A stretch of DNA of 64,000 bases from Octopus sinensis (lineage: Eukaryota), in assembly GCF_006345805.1 (NCBI RefSeq), contig NC_043020.1, positions 12,214,001 through 12,278,000 on the forward strand. Direction: 5' to 3'. Below, one piece after another: positions 39,395-53,470 of the stretch; positions within the stretch are counted from its first letter, which is position 1, and every line of letters starts with the position of its first letter. The translations under genes and the position numbers were made by a program. The notes under the pieces were generated by a model. The model was given only the letters and a program-made list of their open reading frames with translations. It was not told where the DNA came from and searched no databases.

Positions 39395-39639
39395 AATGTT
39401 CCTTCTTGAGCCATGCTAGGTTCATAAGGGCCGGTTTCCCGGTTTCAGCGGCATAGAAATTTCCCAGCTGGACGGGACGCCAGTCCGTCGCAGGATTACT
39501 CATTTTTGCCAGCTGAGTGGACTGGAGCAACGTGAAGTGTTTTGCTCAAGAACACAACGTATCGCCCGGTCCAGGAATCGAAACCACAACCTTACGATCA
39601 TGAGTTCAACACCCTAACCACTAAGACACACGCCTCCAC
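39395..39639 (-). mobile_element. tRNA-derived SINE with CORE-like central domain
   Basis: Head GTGGAGGCGTGTGTCTTAGTGGTTAGGG...; TGTGTTCTTGAGCAA...GCGACGGACTGGCGTCCCGTCCAG resembles CORE-SINE sequence. Confidence 0.75.
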
Positions 39640-40083
39640 AAGGAGGGCGCAATACGACACACCATATTGATTACGATGTTTCCAGATCAACACCAACATT
39701 TTAAATTAGGAATATACAAAATCAGTCAAAAAATTAGGAAACCACACTCATTTACATTTTTTAGTAAATTACGCAAATTGGCAATACTTAGGGCATCATC
39801 GGTGAGCAGCTCCCCATTCACTTTATACACTAAATATCACATTTGTCAACCCTGTTAACCCGTTTAGAACCGTTAGATTTTGTTATAACGCACATTTGCT
39901 ACTGAACTCAACCAGAGTATTTCCGTCACTAGGTGGACACCAGTTTCATAGTTGAGCTCTCATTGGCTGTATGCAAATGAATTCATAACTGAGGTCCAGA
40001 ACTGTCGTGGGAAAAAAATTTTCGCGAGCCGGAAGAAACGTCGCCTTTTCCGACACACAATTTTGCCAGTTGGCTACCTTTAA

Positions 40084-40275
40084 CCCTTTCATTACCAACC
40101 CGGCTGAAATCGGCTCTGGCTCTGTAGTACAAATGTCTTGTTTTCATAAGTTTTGAATTAAAATCTTCCACCAAACCTTTGTCACAATTTATGTTCCTAA
40201 CACTAGCTGAATGATAACTAAGTTATAACTGAAACAAACACAGAGCATCTCAAAATAAATACAGTAACAAAAGGG
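40084..40275 (-). mobile_element. piggyBac-type MITE (TTAA TSD), same family as 6147-6356
   Basis: TTAA at 40080-40083 and 40276-40279; reverse-complement homology to the first copy with a small internal deletion. Confidence 0.8.
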
Positions 40276-40480
40276 TTAAAGAGTTTCTTATGTAACTATT
40301 ATATCAGGGCAGCAGCTTTTGAAGAAAGACAGTTAGTCGGTAGCATCGACCCTGATAGACAAAGTTGGCCTGCTTGGGATTTGAATCCAGAAAGTAAAGA
40401 GCCTTAATTTGAATTTATAAACAAGCATGGCCTCCGTTTTACACAAACAACTTGTATTTAGTTTGTTGTGGTGTGTGGAA

Positions 40481-40855
40481 GCACTCCGTCGGTTACGACG
40501 ATGAGGTTTCCGGTTGATCCGATCACCGGAACAGCCTGCTCGTGAAATTAACGTGGCTGAGCACTCCACAGACACGTGTACCCTTAACGTAGTTCTCGGG
40601 GATATTCAGCGTGACACAGAGAGTGACAAGGCCGGCCCTTGGAAATACAGGTACAACAGAAACAGGAAGTAAGAGTGAGAGAAAGTTGTGGTGAAAGAGT
40701 ACAGCAGGGATCACCACCATCCCTGTTGGGGCCTCGTGGAGCTTTTAGGTGTTTTTTCGCTCAATAAACACTCACAACGCCCGGTCTGGGAATCGAAACC
40801 GCGATCCTATGACCGCGAGTCCGCTGCCCTAACTACTGGGCCATTGCGCCTCCAC
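40481..40855 (-). mobile_element. SINE family D, full length
   Basis: Reverse complement of the 14884-15219 family. Confidence 0.88.
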
Positions 40856-41130
40856 AGTTTGTTGTATACAAATACAGAAATGCTCAACAAGCTGAAAATG
40901 AATAAATGTTGAGATTGAACTTACAATCGAAACACAGCGGCGTGTCTGAGGTAATTTGTTATATATTTCGGTATTAACAATTGTACTTTTGGATCTTTTC
41001 GGTTTGAACGGCAGTTTTTTCTAGCGGTGTCATGAAATTGTCACCCACTTGGGGAAGTGTCTTCTACTATAGCCTCAGGCTGACCATGCCTTGTGGGAAG
41101 ATTTGGTTGACGGTAACCGAAAGGAGCCTG

Positions 41131-41189
<59 letters not shown>

Positions 41190-41207
41190 TATATGTATGT
41201 ATGTATG

Positions 41208-41244
<37 letters not shown>

Positions 41245-41649
41245 AGGGGGAGAGAGAGCAATCTCGGTTCTCGACCATAATTTGTTCTGAGAGTCTGTTC
41301 TAAAACCGTTCGAGAACCGAATCATATTTTCCCATTACAATTAATGTAAAAGAGATTAATTCGTTTCCAAGCACCAGATGAATGCATATTTACATGCTTA
41401 CACTATATATTTTAGTATAAAAACGTTTATTCAGAGTGTAAATAACACACAAAAATGTGTTATTTCTTAGAAGGGGAGTCCCCTTCCATAAAAATGCCTG
41501 GTAACTGTCTTTCGGGGGTTTCTTCCCTTCTATGTCTCTTTGGCTCAGGTAAATCTTTCTCTGGCGTTTCTTTTCATTTTTCTTACAGTGAAATCCTGTT
41601 CAATGTTAGTTGCTTTGCCTGCTTTTGTAAAATGTTTCTAGAATGAGAC

Positions 41650-43376
41650 ATGAAATTGTCTCATTTACCGCTCTATCTGCTACCACTGTTTCAGGGTGAT
41701 ATTTTCCCACAAAACTTTGCACATCACCTCATTTAACACACATTTCTTTGATTCAAGAACTTGGGACATCCTCCTTTCCTTCCACCTCTTCAGAAGACAT
41801 TTCCTCAGCCGAAGTCTTTTGCTGTTCATTTTGAAAGTGTACGAGTTCTTCGGTGGTAAGCTCACTACGGCGGTCTTCCACCAGCTCTTCTGTATCTTCA
41901 CTGTCGACATTCAAACCCATAGTTTTTCCCATAGAGACATTATCATCAACATTTGCAACTTCCTCGACAGCAGCAGTACTTGTAGCTGTCTCAAACCCCT
42001 CAAAGTCGTCTCGTTCTGGTACATAGTCTGGCCAAAGTTTCCTCCATGCTGAATTCATGGTTCCATGCATTATCAATAAGATTAACACAATTCAGGATAT
42101 TGAAATATTTCCAAAATTCTCTGAGACTTAAAAACACTTTCGAAACAGGGCTTTGGCTTTTGAATAAAGGTTCTTAAAGTTTTCAATGACCATTGGTTGT
42201 TTTAGAGCAATTGTGTTAGGTGGCAGGTATTTGGCCTGAATAAAATCAAATTCTTCAACTAAGTTATCCTTCAAACTGGAGGGTGAGCGGGAGCATTGTT
42301 TATCACGAGAAGGCATTTTTTCCTGCAGATATATTTTAGTATTCGGAGCAAAAACTTTATGAATCCATTCAATAAAAAATTGCCTGTATTAACTCGCCAC
42401 ATAACAAGCAATTTATTCTTCATAACATTTTTTCTTTTGAAAACCCTCTGATTATCGGAATGGTTGTTATGCGTGTAGTTTGGGTTCTAATGGGAAAGAC
42501 AACCAGTTGAAAACCATTGTTATTATTTAACGTGTTTATTGACGTTGCTTGATTACACGGACGACATTAGTGTAGTGATACATTGTTTACTTTTCACACA
42601 GTTCGTACTATTCACTACAAAATAGTGCCAAGAGTAGGGAGTAGTTTGGCATTCGCAAACACACAGATATGAATATGTAACAGGTTAACAAGCAATAGCT
42701 TGACCTTGAAATCGCCACTTGCGTTGACGCAAAGCAAAAGAGCGAGTCTATGTTTCATTGGCTTGTATCCTGGCAACGCTTTTTCCTCCTTAGTAATATG
42801 GGTCCTATTTAGCATTCGTTTCCAAAATGATCCTGTTTCATCCCCGTTAAACACCTGTTGGGAGAGATAACCTCCTTTTGTCAAGTCACTAAACTCAATC
42901 ACAAATTTCTCAGCCGCTTCCTTGTTTGAACTCGCCACCTTTCCATGCCTAATCACAGCATGCGTTCCACTTCACTTAAATTTCTCGAACCAGCCTCTAT
43001 TAGCTTTGAATTCAAAGTATCACTTTCAGCACTTGTACCAGGGGTTTTGTTTTCTTTTTACACGATCATTATAAATTTCTAATGCTTTCTTCCAAATAAA
43101 TGCTTCACTGATACTGTCATCTGTTAACTGCTTCTCCTTTATAAAAATAAGCAATAATTTTTCCACTTCTTCGAGTATCTTTGGTCTTTGTTTATTAATA
43201 ACAGTCATTATTTTTGTAACATCAGCTGCTTCCTTATTTTAAAGAATGGTAGATATTGTCGATTTATATCAGAGAGATTTTGTGTTTTGCGATGGTTTCT
43301 TTCTTCACTTCAATTGTTTTCTCCCAATTTTTCTTTTTCCTTTACCAGTATCACTGCTAGCTTTCTTTGGATCCAT
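41650..43376 (-). pseudogene. Tigger/pogo-family transposase relic (TIGD1-like)
   Basis: MDPKK start, CENP-B HTH (EVEKLLLIFIKEKQL), VFNGDETG, LLLCVNASGDFK, FIEWIHKVF, YLPPNT, MNSAWRKLWP; many lesions; TIRs not found. Confidence 0.9.
42465..42682. mobile_element. 218-bp insertion with TGTTA...TAACA ends (solo-LTR-like) inside the Tigger ORF
   Basis: Splits the codons ...LLV|NHSDN...; short GGT(T) duplication at the junctions. Confidence 0.55.
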
Positions 43377-43654
43377 GAATAAGGATTAATGAAGAGAGAG
43401 AGAGAGAAAAAAAGGTACAATAGAAAGGATTATTATTATTATTGTTGATAAAATCACTTGTGTTTCAGATAAAATGCTACGTGAAATTTGAGTTGAAGTT
43501 CCACTGATGTCAACTTTGCCTTTCATGCGTTCGAAGTCGAGAAAACAAAGTACCAGTAATTTACTGAGGTTAATGAAATCGAATAACCTACTACCAGCAC
43601 AACTTAAAACCCTGTATCTATTTTAGCAACAATTATATCAGCATTGTTACTATA

Positions 43655-44067
43655 GGCGAGCTCGCAGAATCGTTAGAACGCCGGGTGAAATGTTTAGCGG
43701 TATTTCGTCAGCCGTTACGTTCTGAGTTCAAATTCCGCCGAGGTCGACTTTGCCTTTCATCCTTTCGGGGTCGATAAATTAAGTACCAACCAGTTACGCA
43801 CTGGATCGATATAATCGACTTAATCCCTTTGTCTGCCCTTGTTTGTCCCCTCTGTGTTTAGCCCCTTATGAGTAGTAAAAAAATAGGTATTTCGTCTGCC
43901 GCTACGTTCTGAGTTCAAATTCCGCCGAGGTCGACTTTGCCTTTCATCCTTTCGGGGTCGATTAAATAAGTACCAGTTAGGCACTGGGGTCGATAAAATC
44001 GACTTAATCCATTTGTCTGTCCTTGTTTGTCCTCTGTCACTCGCCCCTTGTGGGTAGTAAAGAAATA
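43655..44067 (+). mobile_element. SINE family B full copy (43655-43885) with an abutting 5'-truncated copy (43886-44067)
   Basis: Two consecutive cores and tails ending AAATA. Confidence 0.9.
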
Positions 44068-45077
44068 TATTTTCGCTTGTGTTTACATTTTAACGGCGGT
44101 GCAACAGCATGGCCACAGCTCTGAGCTGAAACGACAGAAAAAAAAAGATTGAAACATAAGGTTTGCTCCTGTTATTTTCCTGGCATGAACATTTGTTGAT
44201 CTCCATGCTTACTTCCTTCATCCCGGTTTTGTCTGGTCGACAGGTGAAACAAGTGGTTGCAATAAGTATCAGAAATGCTTTGCTCCACACAGAAACTGCA
44301 GGAGCTCTTCCAAATCTATTGCAAGCTCTTCCAAATCTATTGCAATGCTGGAAACCCATCAATAGGTATCTCAGAATTACAAGCGTTTCACCCCTTAGAC
44401 TGTACGCTACGTTTCAGGGTAGCAGCAATGGCAGAACTAGTCTTCGCCCACGGAAAGGTTCTACTTGTGCTCTCTTATGACCCACTAATAGTCCCCTTGA
44501 ACTAGTTTCAGCTGCTGAGCCTATACTCTTGGGTGGCTTTCTTCATTTGTCTGGATTCCAGACCTAACTTCTGCAGGAAATTGCGCATTGACTCAGCTAG
44601 AAAGTAGCGGCAGCCGACTTCGACGGGGAATGTACAAAATATGCAAATAAAATAAAGCCACCAAGATATTTGAAGACGTTCGTCGTTTATTATATTCTAG
44701 AAACTGGTGCCCATATACAGTTTGATGTGAAATCATGACTTTTAGTTTGGATTACATGAAAAATTATGTTGAAAATTAAAAAAAAATAGAACGACTGAAA
44801 AGTAGCGAAGAAAGCAGACGACGGTGTTTCATGAAAACTTTCTACTCTAAATATAACGTCATTAATTAAGTCTTTCGCTGCTTTCTTAGTAATGATACCA
44901 GTACTTATTACCTATTCGTTACGCTAATATGATTCGTTAATTAAATGTGTTCTTTATCTTCATATGGTTTACTTATTTATTCTTTTCTTCATTTTTATAA
45001 TTTGTGCTTCCTGTTGGCATGTTCATAAAGTGTTCGGGTATCTATTAGTGTTACTAACGCTATTATTGCAGTTGCCG

Positions 45078-45228
45078 TCATTGAGCAATTGTTATTATTA
45101 TTCTTGAGAGAGCAATTATTATTATTATTATTGAGAGAGCAATTATTATTATTATTATTGAGAGAGCAATTATTATTATTATTATTGACAGAGCAATTAT
45201 TATTATTATTATTATTATTGAGAAAGCA

Positions 45229-45260
<32 letters not shown>

Positions 45261-45296
45261 GAGAGCAATCATTATTATTATTATTGAGAGAGCAAC

Positions 45297-45328
<32 letters not shown>

Positions 45329-45400
45329 TTGAGAGCTATTATTATTATTATTATTCTTGAGAGAGCAATTATTATTATTATTATTATTATTGAGAGAGCA

Positions 45401-45433
<33 letters not shown>

Positions 45434-45530
45434 GAGAGAGCAATTATTATTATTATTATTATTATTATTGAGAGAGCAATTATTATTATTATTGAGAAAG
45501 CAATTATTATTATTATTATTATTATTAATA
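45078..45530. repeat. (ATT)n microsatellite punctuated by GAGAGAGCA
   Basis: Direct reading. Confidence 0.95.
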
Positions 45531-45749
45531 CATTCTGTAAACACCTCTAGTTATTAAGAGGTGCTAACTATGAGTACTAACCATCAAAGTAAATTCTGAA
45601 AATTATTTATCATCATTTCGATGTTAACACACTATCGTGCAAAAACACTGCCACCACTACTACCAACAACACCATCACAATAACAAGACGAACAAATCTT
45701 AAGAACGCTTCATCCAAACAACCTTCCAAAAGAGATTTCTAAAAATAAC

Positions 45750-45990
45750 TATATATATATATATTATATATATAAAATAATAATAATACATACACACACA
45801 CATATATATACATACACACACACAACCACACATATATACACACACAATATATATATACATACACCACACACACACACACAATATATACACACACACACAC
45901 ACACACACATACACACAACACCACAACACACACACATACACACACCACACACCACCACACAATATACACACACACACACACACACACAAC

Positions 45991-46035
<45 letters not shown>

Positions 46036-47024
46036 ACACACACACAACATATAATATATATATATACATATACACACATACACATATATATATAACACAT
46101 ACACATATATATATACACACATACAACACATATATATACACATACACATATATATATACCACATACACATATATATATACACATACACACATATATATCT
46201 ATATATATATATATTATATATACACATACAACACATATATATATATATATACACATACACACATATATATATATATATATACACATACACACATATATAT
46301 ATATATATATACACATCCACACATATATATATATAATATACACATACACACATATATATATATATATACACATACACACATATATATCTATATATATATA
46401 TATATATACACCATACACACATATATATCTATATTATATATTATATACACATACATATATTATATATATATACACATACACATATATATATATATATACA
46501 CATACAACATATATATTATATATACACATACCACATATATATATATACACATACACACATATATTATATATATACATACACATACACACACACCATAAAT
46601 AATATACATATATCTACACATAACACCACATATACATATACACACACATAAACATACACATACACATACATACATACAAACATAGCATATATACACTACA
46701 CGCATATATACATACACACACACACACGCATATATACATACACACACACACACGCATATATACATCACACACACACACGCATATACATACACATATACAC
46801 ACACACATATACACACACACAACACCCACATATACACACACACACACACCACCCATATACCACACACACACACCCACACACACACACACACACACACCAC
46901 CCACACACACCACACACACAACACACAGACACCACTATATCACACCACCCACCACACACACACACACATATACCACACACACACACACACATATACACCC
47001 ACCACACACACATATACACCCACA

Positions 47025-47061
<37 letters not shown>

Positions 47062-47168
47062 TTACTAACCCCACACACCCCACCACCCACCACACACACA
47101 CACACATATACACACACCACCATATCCCCACACACACATATACCACCCACACACACCACACACACACA

Positions 47169-47206
<38 letters not shown>

Positions 47207-47421
47207 ACACACCCCACCCACACACACCCCCATATCCATACCCCACACACACCACCACACCACACACCCTACATCCACCACACACACACACAACATACAA
47301 ATACCTCACACACCCCCACCAATCACATCACACCCACAACACACACATATATACATACACACCACACACACACATATACATACACACACACACACACACA
47401 TATACTAACACACACACACAC

Positions 47422-47453
<32 letters not shown>

Positions 47454-47929
47454 ATATACATACACACATACACATATATACATACACACACATACACATA
47501 TATACATACACACACATACACATATATACATACACACACATACACATATATACATACACACACATATATACATACACACACATATACATATATACATACA
47601 CATATATATACATACATACATACACATATATATACATACATACACACACATATATATACATACATACACACACATACATATATACATACACACACATACA
47701 TATATACATACACACACATACATACATACACATACATATACATATATACATACACACATACATATATACATACACACACATACATACATACACACACACA
47801 CATACATACATACACATATATATACATATATACATACACATATATATACATATATACATACACATATATATACATATATACATACACATATATATACATA
47901 TATACATACACATATATATACATATATAC

Positions 47930-47960
<31 letters not shown>

Positions 47961-48217
47961 TATACACACATATATACATACACACATATATACATACACA
48001 CATACATATATACATACACATATATATACATACACATATATATACATATACACATATATATACATATACACATATATACATATACACATATATATACATA
48101 TACACATATATATACATATACATACACACACACATATATATATACATACACACACACATATATATATATACATATATACATACACACACACACACATATA
48201 TATATACATATATACAT

Positions 48218-48252
<35 letters not shown>

Positions 48253-48350
48253 CATATATACATACACATTAACACACGCACGCACACACACATATATATA
48301 TATACACACACTTACACCCATATATATATATACACACACACACTTACACC
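45750..48350. repeat. Complex (CA)/(TA)/(CATA) low-complexity tract
   Basis: Direct reading. Confidence 0.96.
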
Positions 48351-48767
48351 CATGTATGCATTTATATACATACGTATTGCAAAATATAATGTTGCTTCTT
48401 ATATTTATTCTTCTTGGTCTTCTCGAAACTTCGTTAATTATTTTATTTAAGAAAAACAAAATATGAGAATTCGGCAGGTTATCAAAAATAAATAAAAGAG
48501 AGCATAATTTGGCAGAGTTGTTATTAAGCTGAGTAGAACGGGTCGTGGTGAGTATTGGTTCCGATTCGGCACTGCGAGTTCGGTTCCCACCGAGATCAAC
48601 TTTACTCGCTTTCGTCCTATCGGATTTGGTGAAAAAAAAAATACTAATCTAGTACAGAAATCTCTGGACTAATTACAGCAAACACACACACACACACATG
48701 TAGCGTCCCGCTATGTACATAAGCAACTCGCCGCAGTTGCTAATCTTATATATTAAAAAAAAAAAAA

Positions 48768-49089
48768 GACTCCGCCGGTTACGACGACGAGGGTCCCAGC
48801 TGATACGATCAACGGAACAGCTTGCTCGTGAAATAAACGTGCAAATGGCTGAGCATTCCACAGACACGTGTACCCTTAACGTAGTTCTCGGGGATAATCA
48901 GCGTGACACACAGAGAGTGACAAGCTGACCCTTTGAAATACAAGTACAACTCATTTTTGCCAGCTGAGTGGACTGGAGCAACGTGAAATAAAGTGTCTTG
49001 CTCAAGGACACAACGCGTCGCCGGGAATCGAACTCACAACCTTACGATCATGAGCCGAATGCCCTAACCACTAAGCCACGCGCCCTCAC
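48768..49089 (-). mobile_element. tRNA-derived SINE, chimeric (head/core like 39395-39639, tail like family D)
   Basis: GGCGCGTGGCTTAGTGGTTAGGG head, GTTGCTCCAGTCCACTCAGCTGGCAAAAATGAG core, GTTCCGTTGATCG...AACCGGCGGAGTC tail. Confidence 0.85.
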
Positions 49090-49529
49090 TACCTTATATA
49101 TTATAACGACATCATAATTCATGTTAAATAAATGGCCACCGGACAGCAATGTTATAGTGGTATAAGAACGTTACTACTTACATTCGGACAGTTAGGTGAT
49201 ACAAAAATGGGACAGCAAAACAACCAGATAGACGATACAAAGAAACCAAAGACGGGTCATTCGAAGTTTTCTTTTCTCAGTCGAGTACCAGATTATCTTC
49301 GCATTTTCGGCTGATTATACTCGAGATTGCTCCAATCTGGCCATCCCCAAGGAAAAACTAAGCTAAGAGCATTAGATTCCTTGGAAGAAAGCAGCGGATA
49401 TATACAAAAACAAGGACGGAAAAAAATTGACAATGTTACACAAATACGATAAAAATAATAACAGGACACAACAACAGGTCTCTTTCGAGTAAAGACGAAT
49501 TAAATTAAGCCTATATATACTTTTCATTC

Positions 49530-50090
49530 TTTTCTAGTTCTTTGTTACCCACTTGTACACCTCCAAATATGGCAATATCTATGATCTTGGCTTCCTTCAT
49601 CATTTTATCTACTACAAGAATGGCTGGCCTCTGATCAGCAATCAACGAATCACACTAGATTGTAAAATCTCACAAGATCTTGAAATCAATATTATCGGTG
49701 ATACTTTCTGGTTTATGCTCACACGATTTCAAGACCATACTTCTCATACAGCCTCCAACAAACATTCTTAGCTACGCTGTGATGCCTCCTTTCGTAATAC
49801 TTTTGGGCCAGTTTGCTACACTCACTGTCAATATGTGAAACTGTTTCAGTTTTGACGCCATCCTACAAAAGTGCGATTCGCTACTCTTATTTGGAGTAAT
49901 TATTTCGCAGGGCTTGTTCCCGAGCGCTGCGTATCAATGCCTCAGTGCATCCTTTCAGATCACTTTTCCTTAGCTACCGTCGTGTGTTGGTCTTGTCTCC
50001 CTTCCATCTGCCCATGTATCGCTTTCATTTTCCAGTTGCTCACTCACTGTTCTCCATTTTGTTTTCTTAAATGCTTTTGAGTGTGTCACA
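49530..50090 (-). pseudogene. R4/Dong/NeSL-type (RLE-encoding) LINE C-terminal fragment
   Basis: Minus-strand translation gives RKSDLKGCTEALI..AREQALRNNY, ETVSHIDSECSKLAQKYYERRHHSVA, EHKPES, KIL*DFTI, RPAILVVDK..AKIIDIA..KELEK..KY, matching the zinc knuckle and restriction-like endonuclease region. Confidence 0.8.
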
Positions 50091-50214
50091 TTTTCATTAG
50101 TTATCGTTTTGCTATTTCTAACAGCAACACCCAAAGGTTCAATCTGCTTTTTGACACACCATCCCAGACTGTTTTCCTCTTCGTCATTATTATTATCATT
50201 ATAATTATTATTAT

Positions 50215-50550
50215 TATTACCCCCGCCTGAGCGAAGGCATTGTTTTTAGTCGTGTTTGTTTGTCCGTGGACATGATATCTCAAAAACTGCTAAATTGATT
50301 TGGATGAAACTTTCAGGGATGTTTGGCCTCGTGACTGGCATGAACTGATTAGATTTTGGGATCGATCAGGTACCGGACAAGGATTCTGGATTATTTTTCC
50401 TGTTTTATTACCTAATTTTTGAGAGCGGTCGGGTTCATTTTTTTATTAGCATTGTTGTCCGTGAGAGCAGTCGAGTTTATTTCAGATATTCTCATTTCAA
50501 AAATTATCTCTGGCTAATCGTTGGCGGGGTTTTGCGCTATCTGAGTGCTA
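50215..50550 (+). mobile_element. HINE-like element, second copy of the 18814-19172 family
   Basis: TATTACCCCCGCC ... GGCGGGGTTTTGCGCTATCTGAGTGC. Confidence 0.65.
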
Positions 50551-50865
50551 TTATTATTATTATCGACTTTGCCTTTCGTCCTTCGGAGTCGATAAATTAA
50601 GTACCAGTGAGCCACTAGGGTCGATGTAATCGGCTAACCCATTCCAACATTTCAGGCCTTGTTCCCATAGCAGAAAGGATTATTATTATTAATATTATTC
50701 CGCCGAAGTTGACTTTACAGTTCAGCCTTTCGCGGTCGATAAAATAAGTACCAGTTAAGCACTGTGGTCGATGTAATCGACTTACCCCTCCTCGAAGTTG
50801 CTCGCGTTATGCCAAAATTCGAAACCATTCTTCTACTTCTACTTATTATTATTATTATTATTATT

Positions 50866-51043
50866 CAGTGGTTTTATTTTTATATCGTGCTTTCACTTCA
50901 CTACCGAGCGTAGCTCTATGTGCTGTGATTTGTTGTGATGCTCTGACGGTTACTGTATTGAAAGTGTTCTGCGTAGGATGTGTGCAGTGCCTAGTAGTGC
51001 AATTTTCTGTATGTTATACGTGTTTGTAAGTCCTGGTGTTTTT
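50866..51043 (-). mobile_element. 3' end of an R4/Dong-type LINE within an (AAT)n tract
   Basis: Translates KTPGLTNTYNIQKIALLGTAHILRRTLSIQ*, then a short 3' UTR ending in (AAT)n; ATT-rich repeats on both sides. Confidence 0.8.
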
Positions 51044-51341
51044 GTTATTACTATTATTATTGTTGTTGTTGTTATTATTATTGTATTATTATTATTATTA
51101 TTATTATTATATTATTTTCGGTGAATAATAAATTAGGCGCAGTTACCTCTTATCAATTTACCCTTGACGAATTTCGAAGACTTTAACATCAACCTTTATG
51201 TAACTTTCAAAAGAGTCTTCTACCAAACTCCCTTCAAAAACAATACCAAGGTTTCACAACAACAAAAACAGCAAAAACAAAAACAACCGAAAACAAAACA
51301 ACCGCACACAAATACAAAAAATGCATACACACATACTTCGG

Positions 51342-51387
<46 letters not shown>

Positions 51388-51714
51388 GCCTAACTTCGTT
51401 AATCAGGTACCTTATTTATTCTGACAAATGGACAGTTTCTCTTTCATCTCGAGCTGGAGAAATTCTTGCAGCGTTCTGCTTGCTCACAGATCTTTCTGCT
51501 GAACAAATTGGTTTGTCTAAAACCACCCCGACGACTTCTCTAAATAACACCAGACAAAATTCCAACACCTCCACAGAAGTTCTACCCTCTACCAAATAAA
51601 CATATATACAACCATAGATTTTTTTTTACCTTCCACATAAATATATACACCCACCTACATAATACATACATTTGCTGGGGGGTATTCACATCACGCTAAC
51701 CTACAGAGCATTAA

Positions 51715-51716
<2 letters not shown>

Positions 51717-51746
<30 letters not shown>

Positions 51747-51783
51747 CAGAAGAGAGAGAGTAGAGAGAGAGAGAGAGAGAGTG

Positions 51784-51827
<44 letters not shown>

Positions 51828-52020
51828 GAGAGAGAGAGAGAAGAGACAGAGAGAGACGAGCAGAGAGAGAGACAGAGAAAGAGAGAGAGAGAGAGAAACA
51901 GAGAGAGAGAGAGAGAGAGAAGACAGAGAGAGAGACAGAGACAGATAGAGAGTCAGAGAGAGACAGAGAGAGAGAGACAGAGAGAGACAGAGAGAGAAAG
52001 AGAGAGAGAGAGAGAGATAC
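51717..52020. repeat. (GA)n microsatellite
   Basis: Direct reading. Confidence 0.96.
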
Positions 52021-52483
52021 AGAGTGTGAGAGATCCTCTATATTGTCATTCGATTTGTGAGAAATAACCAAATCGTCCTCAAATCACACACTATTGCCTT
52101 AAAAAAGGAAGGTCACAATTACAGAATACGGTCTCAGGTATATAAAATAAGATGGAAATGGTTAGTATACTTTTGTAGATACTATTACTGGATCAACGCT
52201 TATCATGAACTAAACTACAACACATACATGTATGTATTATTTACACTTACAAAGCATATGTCCTCAACATTTGGGTGAAGGTGTACGAGAGACAATTGCT
52301 TCCAATATGTCACTGATATTTGGTATTTAACAACAAGAACAAAAACAACAACGCGCACACGTACGGAATGTGCGTTCATAACAAATCTTAAAGACACCTG
52401 TTTGACGAGCCGTTATTGGCGAAACTCTAAAGTCAGTCACCTTGCGTTTATTTTAGAGATTAACAATAAGAGTAACACCACCA

Positions 52484-52583
52484 CCACCAATAATAATAAT
52501 AGTAATAAAAATAATAATAATAATAATAATAAAAATAATAAAAATAATAATAATAATAAAAATAATAATAGTAATAAAAATAA

Positions 52584-52614
<31 letters not shown>

Positions 52615-52821
52615 ACAAATAAAAATAATAATAATAAAAATAATAATAATATAATATAAATAATAATGATAAAAATAATAATAAAAATAATAATAAAATA
52701 ATAATAAAATAATAATAATGATAAAAATAATAATAATAAAAATATAATGATAAAAATAATAATGATAATAAAAAAATAAAAAATAATATAAAAATAATAA
52801 TAAAATAATAAAAAATAATAA

Positions 52822-52862
<41 letters not shown>

Positions 52863-52908
52863 TAATAATAATAATATAATAAAAATAATAAATAATAATA
52901 ATAATAAT

Positions 52909-52941
<33 letters not shown>

Positions 52942-52989
52942 TAAAAATAATAATAATAAAAATAATAATAAAAATAATAATAATAAAAA

Positions 52990-53031
<42 letters not shown>

Positions 53032-53055
53032 TAATAATAATAATTACAATAATAA
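52484..53055. repeat. (AAT)n microsatellite
   Basis: Direct reading. Confidence 0.96.
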
Positions 53056-53320
53056 TAAATGATGCCATCACCAGCATCGCTGTTACTGCAACGCTGACAA
53101 CCACCATTACTTTGATGATACAGTTTTACTAACATTACCACCGCCGTCCTCACCACCACCATCAGCAGTTGCAGCAGCACCACCGCCGCCATCATCTTCA
53201 TGAAGACGGTTAAAAACCACCTGTTTTACATATTTTTATCGCTGTAAGAAAAAAAAAAAAACGATTTTCAAATAAGTGCCTCACACAACGAAGCTGAACT
53301 GGTCTGCTTCGTACTCCATC

Positions 53321-53470
53321 TCACGTGATCACAGCGTGAGTTACAACTTGTCACGTAATCACAACGGAAAGCTGCACTCGTCCCGTAATCTCAGTAGAGA
53401 ACTGCACTCGACACGAGGGCACAGCTCGAAGCTGCACTCGACTTCTGACCGTGGCATTAATTACACTTAG
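53321..53470 (+). repeat. Degenerate 5 x 30-bp repeat containing three TGCACTC cores
   Basis: Units at 53321, 53351, 53381, 53411, 53441; TGCACTC at 53373, 53403, 53433. Confidence 0.75.

Noticed and set aside
44150-44600. Coding-like segment with a 21-bp duplication and a DLEELLQFLCG (HECT-like) phrase
   Set aside because: Stops in all frames and no further motif; it could not be assigned.
49190-49510. Possible Penelope-like terminal fragment with CAGCCGAAA on the minus strand
   Set aside because: No CUGANGA core or consistent stems; left unannotated.
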